Assembly: GCA_964485385.1 (NCBI GenBank)
Contig: CAZAJH010000001.1
Span: 1 to 57,416, forward strand
DNA length: 57,416 nt
DNA from: an uncultured Flavobacterium sp.
GTDB lineage: Bacteria > Bacteroidota > Bacteroidia > Flavobacteriales > Flavobacteriaceae
Direction: 5' to 3'
Shown: positions 38,532-47,416 of the stretch, piece by piece
Layout: each line of letters starts with the position of its first letter
Numbering within the stretch: the stretch's first letter is position 1
The notes under the pieces: generated by a model
The model's input: the letters and a program-made list of their open reading frames with translations, nothing else
What the model was told of the DNA's origin: nothing
Database searches by the model: none
Translations under genes and position numbers: made by a program

Positions 38532-38534
38532 GTT

Positions 38535-39206
38535 TTAGCGTAGCGTTTGTTCAACTAAGTTTAGGTAGAAATCGGTGGGCGAAATGGTTTCGTTGCAATT
38601 GGTGATTGTTTTTAAATGATCACGCAAAAAATGTTGGTGTAAGGCACCTTCTACGATCGAGGAAGCTAAACTTTTAGCAAAGGGATATTTCGGATTAACC
38701 TCCGTAATCATATCTATCAACCGATTGATGACTCTTTTGTATACCAAGAAAAACCCTTCTTTATTTTCTTCGTCGACTTCTTTAGTGAGTATCGTTTTGG
38801 TAAATTCTGTGATTATAATTTTATTTAAAACAGCTTCGTTAATGTGAATCGTAGAGGTGTCATCGACTACTTTTTCGGTAATAATTTGAATACCTTTTCG
38901 TAATTTTTCAAACGGATTGTACAGGTTGTTGGTTGCAAAAACAAGTTTGTATTCCATCCAACCCCAATACCAAGAGGTAAGGTAAAGTAGTAATTTGTGT
39001 TTGCTTTCGAAGTAACGGTAAATCGAACTTTCATTAGATCCAATTCGTTCACCTAGTTTTTTGAAAGTAAAATTTTCAAAACCCATTTCGTCGATTAATA
39101 GGATACTGTTTTCGATGATTTTTTTGCCTAAATCGGATGTTTCAGGGTTTTTTACGTACAATTTTTCGTTAACAGAAATACTAATATTGGATAATATTTG
39201 TTGCAT
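38535..39206 (-). CDS. TetR/AcrR family transcriptional regulator
   Basis: GFENFTFKKLGERIGSNESSIYRYFESKHKLL HTH. Confidence 0.93.
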   Translation of the reverse strand: MQQILSNISISVNEKLYVKNPETSDLGKKIIENSILLIDEMGFENFTFKKLGERIGSNESSIYRYFESKHKLLLYLTSWYWGWMEYKLVFATNNLYNPFEKLRKGIQIITEKVVDDTSTIHINEAVLNKIIITEFTKTILTKEVDEENKEGFFLVYKRVINRLIDMITEVNPKYPFAKSLASSIVEGALHQHFLRDHLKTITNCNETISPTDFYLNLVEQTLR

Positions 39207-39213
39207 GATAAAT

Positions 39214-39918
39214 TTATTTTTGAGCGGTATTTTTTGGTATGGTTTTCATCTGAATGATATCTACTAAGAAGGCAAATGCCATAGAAAAATAAATATAGCC
39301 TTTCGGAATTTCAAAATGGAATCCTTCGGCAATCAGGGATACGCCTATCATCATCAAAAAGCACAAGGCTAAAATTTTGAAAGACGGATGTTTGGCGATG
39401 AATTCGCTGATTGGTTTAGAAGCAAATAGCATGATGATTACCGTTACAATTACAGCGGTGTACATAACCCACAACTCATTGACCATTCCTACCGCGGTAA
39501 TAATGGAATCGATCGAAAACACCAAATCGAGCAGAATTACTTCACCCAACATTTTTCTAAAACTTGATTTCTTGGGAAGTTGTTCCATTTCATTATTGGC
39601 CACTTCTGATTTGTGGTAAATTTCTTTGGTGCTTTTGTAAATCAAAAATAAACCTCCCAGAATCAGAATCAAGCCCTTACCAGTAAAGTCAATTTCAAAC
39701 AAGTTAAACAATGGAGCATCAAGTCGCAATATCCAAGAGATGAATGCTAATAAAGCCAATCGCATAAGCATGGCCAAGCCGATTCCCCAGTAACGTAGTT
39801 TGTTGCGTTGACTTTCGGGTAATTTATCAGCTAAAATAGAGATGAAAATGATGTTATCAATACCCAAAATAACTTCGAGTGCGATAAGCGATAATAAAGG
39901 AATGATAGCTTCAGCCAT
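39214..39918 (-). CDS. TerC family membrane protein
   Basis: LEVILGIDNIIFI, LGGLFLIYKS, DLVFSIDSIITAVG, IPKGYIYFSMAF. Confidence 0.95.
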   Translation of the reverse strand: MAEAIIPLLSLIALEVILGIDNIIFISILADKLPESQRNKLRYWGIGLAMLMRLALLAFISWILRLDAPLFNLFEIDFTGKGLILILGGLFLIYKSTKEIYHKSEVANNEMEQLPKKSSFRKMLGEVILLDLVFSIDSIITAVGMVNELWVMYTAVIVTVIIMLFASKPISEFIAKHPSFKILALCFLMMIGVSLIAEGFHFEIPKGYIYFSMAFAFLVDIIQMKTIPKNTAQK

Positions 39919-39921
39919 GTT

Positions 39922-40569
39922 TTAGAAATTTATTTTAAATCCGAAATTAAGGTTTTTCATATCAGGTAAATCGGGATTGATTTTGTTGTTTTTTACATCC
40001 AAATACTGCAAGTGCGGTAGACTCTCGATTTGTTTCGGAATCTCCTTGAATCTATTTTGCCCTAAGTACAAAAATTCCAAATGTTCCAAACGTTTCATGT
40101 TGTTGGGCAAAGTTTCTAACTGGTCGTTTTCTAAATGCAGTGATTTAAGTTTAGGTAATTTGCTCATGATTTCTATAGTTTTAGGTAAATTCATATTTTT
40201 TTCATCGTTCAAATACAGTTCCTCTAGTTGGCTGAGTTGCGTGAACTCTTGTGGTAGTTCAGTAAAATCATTTCCGCTCAAATCCAGCACTTTTAAGTTT
40301 TTTAGCAACCCAATTTCTTTTGGAATACTCGTTAGGTGATCATTTTTTAAACTCAAATATTCCAAATTGGTAAACTTCGACCACACATCAGGAGACAAAA
40401 CGCCACTCTGATTACTCAAATCAAGACGGATGACCTCTTTTGGGTTTTTGAGTGCTTCCGTCAAACTCGTAAACTCCTTAACATCGTTGGTTGTCTCTTT
40501 GGAGTTTTGTGCAATTCCTGGCCAAGTAATGGCTAATAGCACGGCTAAAAGTGATAGTTTAAATTTCAT
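39922..40569 (-). CDS. Exported leucine-rich repeat protein
   Basis: Sec signal peptide; FTSLTEALKNPKEVIRLDLS N-cap; about 6 LxxLxLxxN repeats. Confidence 0.92.
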   Translation of the reverse strand: MKFKLSLLAVLLAITWPGIAQNSKETTNDVKEFTSLTEALKNPKEVIRLDLSNQSGVLSPDVWSKFTNLEYLSLKNDHLTSIPKEIGLLKNLKVLDLSGNDFTELPQEFTQLSQLEELYLNDEKNMNLPKTIEIMSKLPKLKSLHLENDQLETLPNNMKRLEHLEFLYLGQNRFKEIPKQIESLPHLQYLDVKNNKINPDLPDMKNLNFGFKINF

Positions 40570-40609
40570 AGTTGTGTTTTTATACTATCATTATTGATAA
40601 TAGTGAATG

Positions 40610-40632
40610 CAAATATAATAGTAAAGCTATTA
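40610..40632 (-). promoter_or_regulatory. Promoter -7 box plus palindromic operator of the LRR-TerC-TetR-ABC-HlyD-TolC operon
   Basis: CAAATATA (40610-40617) immediately followed by ATAGTAAAGCTAT (40618-40630). Confidence 0.65.
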
Positions 40633-40812
40633 AAAATTAATAGTACTCTTCTCTTTTATATTTTTTTTAACGTATACTATGAAATGGATCAGCCACGATT
40701 TTGATTGTGTATGCGGAAAAACACCAATTGCTGGCTCTATTTATGGGCGGTTGTTGGATTAAGGGTTTCAGTCTCTCTGAAAAGGAAAGGAAATCCGAGT
40801 TGGAAGAGAACT

Positions 40813-41589
40813 TTAGTTTTTGGAGGAGAAATCAAAGTTGAAGAGCGTATTAATGATAAAGCCATTATTGCTCTGAAATACATTCCGATTGTTGACTTCT
40901 CTGCCCAATTGTAGGGTTTGATTGAGGTAACCGGCTTCTATTCTGAAATGATCGTTAAATCGGTATCCGGCCAGCAAACCAATGCGGTTTTGATCAAAAA
41001 CATTCTCATTTACATTGTTGCCAAAACCAATGAATAGTTCGTCATAAAACGCAAGGTAAGGCGTTTTGTTTTCTATTTGATTACCTTTTAGAGGCATTTG
41101 TATTCTAATCATGTATCTCAATCGGTTCAAAAAAGGGAAGTCGTCTTCGGTTGTTAAGGCAGTATTGGTGTACCTTCCTACCCATCTTTGTTCCAGCATA
41201 AATCGATGCGTGATATCAAATTTAGCGATTCTGTCGGTTATACTTAGCATCTGGAATGCGCGGTGTTCGGTAAAATCTTTGCCCATACTGTTGATGGGTG
41301 TTTCACTGTAAGGGTAGGTTTCAATCCAAGCATAACCTAATCGCAATTGCAATTTTGAGTTAGGATTGTAGTTGAGGCCTACTCGCAATAAACCTTGCTG
41401 TTTATCGGTGATGTAGTTTACTCTCCGCAGTTGATACTCACTATGTAAACTGAATTTTTGGTTCAATTTGAATGTGCCAAAATAATTGTACCAACCAATA
41501 GTGTTGCGTTCGGTTATTCGGTTGTTTTGGGAATAAATAGTTTGAACTCCGATGCAAGCTACTACAAGAAAAACAGTTTTTAATTTCAT
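40813..41589 (-). CDS. DUF2490 family outer-membrane beta-barrel protein
   Basis: Signal peptide; GWYNYFG, EYQLRR, EHRAFQ, HRFMLEQRW, RLRY, YDELF, FDQNR, GYLNQ; start taken at MKLKTV. Confidence 0.85.
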   Translation of the reverse strand: MKLKTVFLVVACIGVQTIYSQNNRITERNTIGWYNYFGTFKLNQKFSLHSEYQLRRVNYITDKQQGLLRVGLNYNPNSKLQLRLGYAWIETYPYSETPINSMGKDFTEHRAFQMLSITDRIAKFDITHRFMLEQRWVGRYTNTALTTEDDFPFLNRLRYMIRIQMPLKGNQIENKTPYLAFYDELFIGFGNNVNENVFDQNRIGLLAGYRFNDHFRIEAGYLNQTLQLGREVNNRNVFQSNNGFIINTLFNFDFSSKN

Positions 41590-41603
41590 TGATTTGTTTA
41601 TTT

Positions 41604-41631
41604 TGGGCTGACTCAATGAAGAGTCAGCCCA
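41604..41631. other. Strong intergenic hairpin between the carbonic anhydrase-like gene and DUF2490
   Basis: TGGGCTGACTC-AATGAA-GAGTCAGCCCA, 11-bp stem; no U-tract in the sense (minus) direction. Confidence 0.7.
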
Positions 41632-41638
41632 GATTAAA

Positions 41639-42295
41639 TTACTTTGTAGGTGAAAAAGGAAGTGATGACTTGTGAACTATGATTCGGAGTTTTCCGTCTT
41701 TCCCTTTTTTGAAAACCCATGTTTTGTCTACCATAACCTCATTTCCATTCTTGTCGGTAACCCAAACATTTCCCATGGTTATTGCTATAGAACCATAAAT
41801 TTGAATACCTTGATTGTCACTTCCAGCATTGTCGTATCTTGCCTTTACCCACGGTGTCAACGCGAAGCCTTTGTCATTAGGATAATCTTTGTCACCACCA
41901 ATAAAATAGGCTAAAGCCCCTTTTTTGTCGTTTCTAAAAGTCTGTTCTCCGTATGCCAAAGTAGGTTTGAAGAAGACTTTACCGTAATCATAATTGTACG
42001 CTTCTGATAAAACTTGTTCCGCAAAAGCTTTGTAATCACCACCCTCTTCTTTGAGTTTTCCAATTTTTACCAATGCATCACACCAAGCTTGTTGAGCGGC
42101 GTTGACTTCATCGTAAGTAATAACAGTTTGTGCTCCTTCTTCCACATAAACCAATCCGAGTTCATCAATAACTTTTTGTACCTCTTTGTTGGTTTCGGCG
42201 GCTCCTTTTGATTCCGCAGAATCTTTCTTGCTTTGGTTGCATGAAGCTACAAGCAGCGCAACACATGTTAATCCGGTAAGGGCAAATTTTTTCAT
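41639..42295 (-). CDS. COG4337-like iota-class carbonic anhydrase, lipoprotein
   Basis: Lipobox LLVAS-C; ITYDEVNAAQQAW, VFFKPTLA, FR...GALAYFIGG, DKGFALTPW, AITMGN, DGKLRIIVHKSSLPF; start taken at MKKFAL. Confidence 0.75.
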   Translation of the reverse strand: MKKFALTGLTCVALLVASCNQSKKDSAESKGAAETNKEVQKVIDELGLVYVEEGAQTVITYDEVNAAQQAWCDALVKIGKLKEEGGDYKAFAEQVLSEAYNYDYGKVFFKPTLAYGEQTFRNDKKGALAYFIGGDKDYPNDKGFALTPWVKARYDNAGSDNQGIQIYGSIAITMGNVWVTDKNGNEVMVDKTWVFKKGKDGKLRIIVHKSSLPFSPTK

Positions 42296-42343
42296 GATTT
42301 TTGTTTTTAAAAGTTTTACATTCAAAATTGAAACAAAAATAAA

Positions 42344-42364
42344 CAAAAATAATAGTAATACTAT
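42344..42364 (-). promoter_or_regulatory. Promoter -7 box plus palindromic operator of the carbonic anhydrase-DUF2490 unit
   Basis: CAAAAATA (42344-42351) immediately followed by the perfect palindrome ATAGTA-A-TACTAT (42352-42364). Confidence 0.68.
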
Positions 42365-42392
42365 CGAAATTGAAACTTTAACTTTTATTTAT

Positions 42393-42428
42393 AAAAAAAG
42401 AGACCTACATCAGTGGGTCTCTTTTTTT
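42393..42428 (-). terminator. gpmI terminator (bidirectional type)
   Basis: AAAAAAAGAGACCTAC-ATCA-GTGGGTCTCTTTTTTT. Confidence 0.85.
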
Positions 42429-42441
42429 GAAGTAACTAAGT

Positions 42442-43959
42442 CTAGACCAAAGAATGACAGGTCATTGCTGCGGGTTTATCAATTCCCATTAGTGCCAAAA
42501 TGGTGGGTGCGATATCGCCCAAAACACCATCCTTAATTGCTTTTATGTCATTGTCGACCAAAATAATAGGAACCGGATTTGTAGTATGTGCTGTATTTGG
42601 TGAGCCATCAGGATTAAGCATGGTTTCGCAATTGCCATGATCGGCAATAATTAGGGTTGTATAGTGGTTTTTTAGAGCGGCTTCAACTACTTCTTTTACA
42701 CAATTGTCTACGGCTTCACAAGCTTTAATAGCGGCTTCCATCACACCGGTATGACCAACCATATCGCCATTGGCAAAATTTAGGCATACAAAATCAACTT
42801 CCCCTTTGTTCAGTTCCGGAATCAATGCGTCTTTCAACTCGTAAGCACTCATTTCGGGTTGTAAATCGTAGGTTGCCACTTTGGGTGAATTGCGTAAAAT
42901 TCGGGTTTCACCTTCAAAAGGAACTTCTCTTCCTCCTGAAAAGAAAAAGGTTACATGCGGGTATTTTTCTGTTTCGGCAATGCGAATTTGTTTTTTGTGG
43001 TGCTTTGCCAGTACTTCTCCTAGTGTTTCGGTAATGTTTTCTTTGTCGTAAATGACGTGTACATTTTGATAGGTATCATCGTAATTGGTCATAGTTACGT
43101 AATACAAATTCAGTTTGTGCATGTTGTATTCGTGGAAATCTTTTTGTGAAAGTACTTCTGTCAATTCGCGGCCTCTATCGGTCCTGAAATTAAAAAAAAT
43201 GACCACATCGCCATTTTCAATTTTAGCTAGAGGATTTCCGTTTTTATCAGTCATCACAATCGGTTGAATAAATTCATCAGTACAATTGTTGTCGTAACTT
43301 TTTTGGATACTTTCTACCGCGTTGGTAGATTTTTCACCTTCTGCATTCACAACCAAATCGTAAGCCAGCTTCACCCTTTCCCAGCGTTTGTCTCGATCCA
43401 TAGCATAGTATCGTCCGATAATAGTCGCAATTTTAGCAGAAGAGTTTTTCACATAATCATCCAAATTGGCAATGTCAACCAAAGCCGATTTCGGGTCCAC
43501 ATCGCGACCGTCGGTAAAAGCATGAATGAATATTTTTTTAAGGCCAAAATCAGCTGCGGCGTCCAATAGGCCATACAAATGCGAAGTATGCGAATGCACG
43601 CCACCGTTGGAAACCAATCCTAAGAAATGTACTTTTTTGTCATTGGTTTTGGCGTAGTGAAATGCCTCTAGTAGTGGTTTTTCTTGGTTCATGGTTTTGT
43701 TTTGAACCGCTAAGTTTATTTTGGCCAAGTCTTGGTACACAATTCGACCTGCACCTAAGTTCATGTGTCCCACTTCGGAATTTCCCATTTGCCCTTCTGG
43801 TAGACCTACATTTAAGCCATCCGTTCGCAACTCAGCATTGGGATATTTTTGGTAAAGACTGTTGATAAACGGAACATTAGCATTATCTATGGCGGAAACT
43901 TTTGGATCAGGTGATTTTCCCCAACCATCCAAAATCATTAAAATTACTTTCTTATTCAT
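42442..43959 (-). CDS. gpmI: 2,3-bisphosphoglycerate-independent phosphoglycerate mutase
   Basis: ILDGWG, GQMGNSEVGH, GGVHSH, TDGRD, AETEKYPHVT, DMVGHTG, ADHGN, TAHT; start taken at MNKKVI. Confidence 0.97.
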   Translation of the reverse strand: MNKKVILMILDGWGKSPDPKVSAIDNANVPFINSLYQKYPNAELRTDGLNVGLPEGQMGNSEVGHMNLGAGRIVYQDLAKINLAVQNKTMNQEKPLLEAFHYAKTNDKKVHFLGLVSNGGVHSHTSHLYGLLDAAADFGLKKIFIHAFTDGRDVDPKSALVDIANLDDYVKNSSAKIATIIGRYYAMDRDKRWERVKLAYDLVVNAEGEKSTNAVESIQKSYDNNCTDEFIQPIVMTDKNGNPLAKIENGDVVIFFNFRTDRGRELTEVLSQKDFHEYNMHKLNLYYVTMTNYDDTYQNVHVIYDKENITETLGEVLAKHHKKQIRIAETEKYPHVTFFFSGGREVPFEGETRILRNSPKVATYDLQPEMSAYELKDALIPELNKGEVDFVCLNFANGDMVGHTGVMEAAIKACEAVDNCVKEVVEAALKNHYTTLIIADHGNCETMLNPDGSPNTAHTTNPVPIILVDNDIKAIKDGVLGDIAPTILALMGIDKPAAMTCHSLV

Positions 43960-44050
43960 TCGAATATTATTTTCGAACAAAGATAGGTTATTTGATTTTT
44001 TAGAAATTTAAAAAAGGGTTGTTTTTGCAAAAAAGATACTAACGAAAACG

Positions 44051-46474
44051 TTATTTTTTGAATGAATTGATATCAATAAAATAACGCACACTTATGGAGA
44101 AAATATGATCTAAATTTCTGTTGGTGATGAGCTGGTTGATGTTGGACCCGAAGTCTTTATCAACCGACAATCCTGATGCATCAGTAAGCGCATTGTTTCG
44201 ATACAAAATAGAAATTTGGCTTCCGGGTGCAAACCACCACGAGTAGGATAAATCGAGGTTCCAGGTATTAAAATTCTCATCGTGGTTAATCGAATAAAAG
44301 GGACTTAAAATCAAACTTCCATCGTCTTGTAATCTATAAATGCTGTCGTAAATGGCATAAGACCAATAGTGACGCACCGATAAATTAATGTTCATGAGGT
44401 TGTTGATGGTAAATTTACTAGTCAATGAGTTGATATAAATTGTACGATCACGCTTTCCGATGTAAATGCCATTCGCATCATCATTTACATAACCTAAATT
44501 GTTGTTTAAGAAGTTGTATGAAAACTCATAAATCAGCGAAAATTTGTTCGAAAAACGGTAACGTGGACTAAAAAATAATCCCCTTACATACCGATTATCG
44601 CCCTGAAAAAAAGAAACAAAAGGATTAAAATCAACTGCAAATTTTCGGTTGTAATTGGAAGAGAAGAAAACCCAAGGCCTGATGGATTTGGGAACCTTTA
44701 AAAATTGTTGTTCGTTTTCCGAGCGCGGTTCATAAAAATCATACGTATCAAATGGAGTGGTATTGAAACCAAATCCGTAGTAGTCATTTTTTTTGGAAGT
44801 TATATTGAAATTCAAATTTGTGTTAAAACCTTGCAATCGGCCTGTTCTGTTGTCAAATTCGGCATACCAATTGTTGTTTACATTAAACGTGTTGAATCGC
44901 TTGGTTGGGTTGAGAATGCGGTAACTATTGTTAAAATACAGCACATGATAATGCGTTTGAAAGTTGATTCCCAAATCGTTGTTGTCCCAATCGGTTGATA
45001 CGTATTGTCCTCCAAGTGAAAAACGGTATTTTCCGCTTGTCTCTCCAAAGTTGAGAGAAGTGTTGTAACCAGTTCGGTTGTTTTCCCCTCCAAAATCGTT
45101 GATGTAACTGTACTTGTAGTCGCCCGAAAGATTGAAGGTGTTTTTCTTGGTGTTCAAGTCAAAGAGCACTGCGGCTACATTGGCATCTCTATACTCACCA
45201 GCTCGCATGACGTTGGTGTTTATGAAAGTAACCGATGAGTTTTTTCGAAAACGCTGATCCAACACAAAAACGTTGTAATTGGCAAGCGGTTCAATCATTT
45301 CAGATCGTGTTTCACCAGTTACTGTATTCCTAATTTTGGCACTTGTTTTCTCTGTAATGGCATTCAATACGCCAATTCCGAGGCCATTTTTTGTTCTACC
45401 AGATATTTTTAAAGCATTCAGTAAATCTACATTAGCAGGGTTTTCCTCAAACTCTTCGTCATCATTTAAGCGGGCTCTGCCTGATGGTCTTCCGCCGATT
45501 CTGCGCGAATACAACAAAGAACCTTTACTGAAAAGTTCCGTTCCCTCTGTAAAAAAAGGTCGATTTTCGTTGAACTGCTGTTCAAACGGACCCAAATTGA
45601 GTTCTACTTTGTCAAAGGCAGCTTGCCCGAAATCGGGAACTAAAATCGCGTCCAACGTAAAAGCATCATTAATTCCGTACTTTACATCCATTCCACCTTT
45701 GAGTTCTCCTTTGGTTTTTTGTTCGTCATTGGCATTCAAATAAAACGACGAATACGGTATTAAGAATAAGCGAGTGGGTGTTTGGATGTTTTCAATTCCT
45801 TCCAAAATTCCTGCTTGATTGGCTTCATTATTGATGTTGTTATCAATGCGGTTCCAAGTGAATTTTTGTCTCAAATTGCGAACTTCACGGTAAAAATTCA
45901 AACCCCAAGTTTGTTTTTTTTCAGATGAAAAACGCAAAGCAGCATAAGGAATTTTCATCTCAGCAACCCAACCATAATCGGTGATGGTTACACTACTATC
46001 CCAAATCGCATTCCATGAAAAATCCTCCCCGTTAGACTCGGTATACACGCAATCTTGCTGCACGCCTGACGAACTAACTAAAAAGCGAAAATCTTGCTGA
46101 CCGTCATTGAATCCGTTGATGAGTACTCCAAAATGATCTGCGTTGGCAAAATCATCGCGAATAGTAAGTTCTCTGGCCAATTTGCTCGCTTCATTGTCAT
46201 ACATGATGGCAGCTACGTAAACCGCTTCATTGTCGTAAACCAATTTGACCTCTGTTTTTCGCTCTTTGGGTTCTTCTTTGCCATTGTCTGGTTCGTTCAT
46301 CAAAAAATTGGTTGCTATCTCGGCGTCCTTCCATACGGCTTCATTTAACTTTCCATCAATCGAAATCTTTTCGTTTGTAAACTTAGTGCGCAGTGTTTTT
46401 TTTGGATTTTGAGAATAGCCTACCACATTCAACAATGTGAAAACGAAGAGAGTGGCAAATTTTATTTGGCGCAT
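44051..46474 (-). CDS. DUF5916 protein (CBM9-like N-terminus plus beta-barrel)
   Basis: Signal peptide; IDGKLNEAVW, GWVAEMKIPY, WGLNF, PDFGQ...ENRPFFTEG, YSRRIG. Confidence 0.85.
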   Translation of the reverse strand: MRQIKFATLFVFTLLNVVGYSQNPKKTLRTKFTNEKISIDGKLNEAVWKDAEIATNFLMNEPDNGKEEPKERKTEVKLVYDNEAVYVAAIMYDNEASKLARELTIRDDFANADHFGVLINGFNDGQQDFRFLVSSSGVQQDCVYTESNGEDFSWNAIWDSSVTITDYGWVAEMKIPYAALRFSSEKKQTWGLNFYREVRNLRQKFTWNRIDNNINNEANQAGILEGIENIQTPTRLFLIPYSSFYLNANDEQKTKGELKGGMDVKYGINDAFTLDAILVPDFGQAAFDKVELNLGPFEQQFNENRPFFTEGTELFSKGSLLYSRRIGGRPSGRARLNDDEEFEENPANVDLLNALKISGRTKNGLGIGVLNAITEKTSAKIRNTVTGETRSEMIEPLANYNVFVLDQRFRKNSSVTFINTNVMRAGEYRDANVAAVLFDLNTKKNTFNLSGDYKYSYINDFGGENNRTGYNTSLNFGETSGKYRFSLGGQYVSTDWDNNDLGINFQTHYHVLYFNNSYRILNPTKRFNTFNVNNNWYAEFDNRTGRLQGFNTNLNFNITSKKNDYYGFGFNTTPFDTYDFYEPRSENEQQFLKVPKSIRPWVFFSSNYNRKFAVDFNPFVSFFQGDNRYVRGLFFSPRYRFSNKFSLIYEFSYNFLNNNLGYVNDDANGIYIGKRDRTIYINSLTSKFTINNLMNINLSVRHYWSYAIYDSIYRLQDDGSLILSPFYSINHDENFNTWNLDLSYSWWFAPGSQISILYRNNALTDASGLSVDKDFGSNINQLITNRNLDHIFSISVRYFIDINSFKK

Positions 46475-46705
46475 TGACTAACAGTTGGTAAAACAAATAT
46501 AAATATAAAATTGAAATATGTTTTTTTTTAACATTTATTCCAAACCACAAAAGTAAGAAAAAATTTATATTAAAAAATAAAAAATGCATTTAAACGACAA
46601 AAATCGCATATAAACGATAAAAAAGAGGTGTTTTATTTTTTTTAACCAATCCTTTTTTCTAGGTTTGTAATCCCAAATCTAGTATTAACATAACCTACTT
46701 TTTTT

Positions 46706-47416
46706 ATGTTGCATCGATTATTGACCATAGCAATAATTGGTATGGGTTTATTTGTTTCAAAAAAAGAAGAGCCTTCCAATCTAACAGCCACTGTTGCGTC
46801 CAACAAAGAAACAGTGCATGTGGTAGCTGATGAGGAAAAAAGGGAGTTGTATTACTCTTTGCAAAATAACGGATTTGAAATGCCTTTTTTTGCGGTTTTT
46901 TCAAAAGCTATGGATGGATATACCCATATAGAGGCAAAAGGACTGATACAAAATCCGATACTGACTATCGTCGATTTTGATTTGCCTTCTACCCAAAAAA
47001 GACTTTGGGTTATTGATATGAATACGCACCAAATTCTGTTTCAATCGTTGGTGGCTCACGGAAAAAATTCGGGCGATCTAAAAGCTACTGATTTTTCCAA
47101 TGCCAATGAATCATACAAAAGTAGTTTGGGATTTTATTTGACCAATGAAACGTATACAGGAACTCATGGATTATCCCTGCGATTGGACGGGTTGGAAAAA
47201 AACAAAAACGATAATGCCAGAGCCAGAGCCATTGTGATACACGGAGCCGATTATGTTTCAAATCATTTTATAAAAACACACCACCGTTTGGGAAGAAGTT
47301 TTGGTTGTCCTGCGTTGCCCTTAGCCTTAACTGCCAAAATTGTCAACACGATCAAAAATAAATCCTGTCTGTATATTCACCACAGTAGTAACCACAGCAT
47401 CAATATCGCAATTTAG
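46706..47416 (+). CDS. Murein L,D-transpeptidase catalytic-domain (YkuD_2) protein
   Basis: IVDFDLPS..KRLWVID, VAHG, SSLGFY, IVIHGADY, LGRSFGCPAL. Confidence 0.92.
   Translation: MLHRLLTIAIIGMGLFVSKKEEPSNLTATVASNKETVHVVADEEKRELYYSLQNNGFEMPFFAVFSKAMDGYTHIEAKGLIQNPILTIVDFDLPSTQKRLWVIDMNTHQILFQSLVAHGKNSGDLKATDFSNANESYKSSLGFYLTNETYTGTHGLSLRLDGLEKNKNDNARARAIVIHGADYVSNHFIKTHHRLGRSFGCPALPLALTAKIVNTIKNKSCLYIHHSSNHSINIAI

Noticed and set aside
40705..40914. 69-aa ORF or ncRNA in the DUF2490-LRR spacer
   Set aside because: The ORF overlaps DUF2490 antisense, and no convincing structure or known motif was seen in 40680-40810
45279..45743. 154-aa ORF and other short ORFs nested in long genes (e.g. 37063, 39977, 54575)
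   Set aside because: Antisense or alternate-frame shadows of well-supported CDSs
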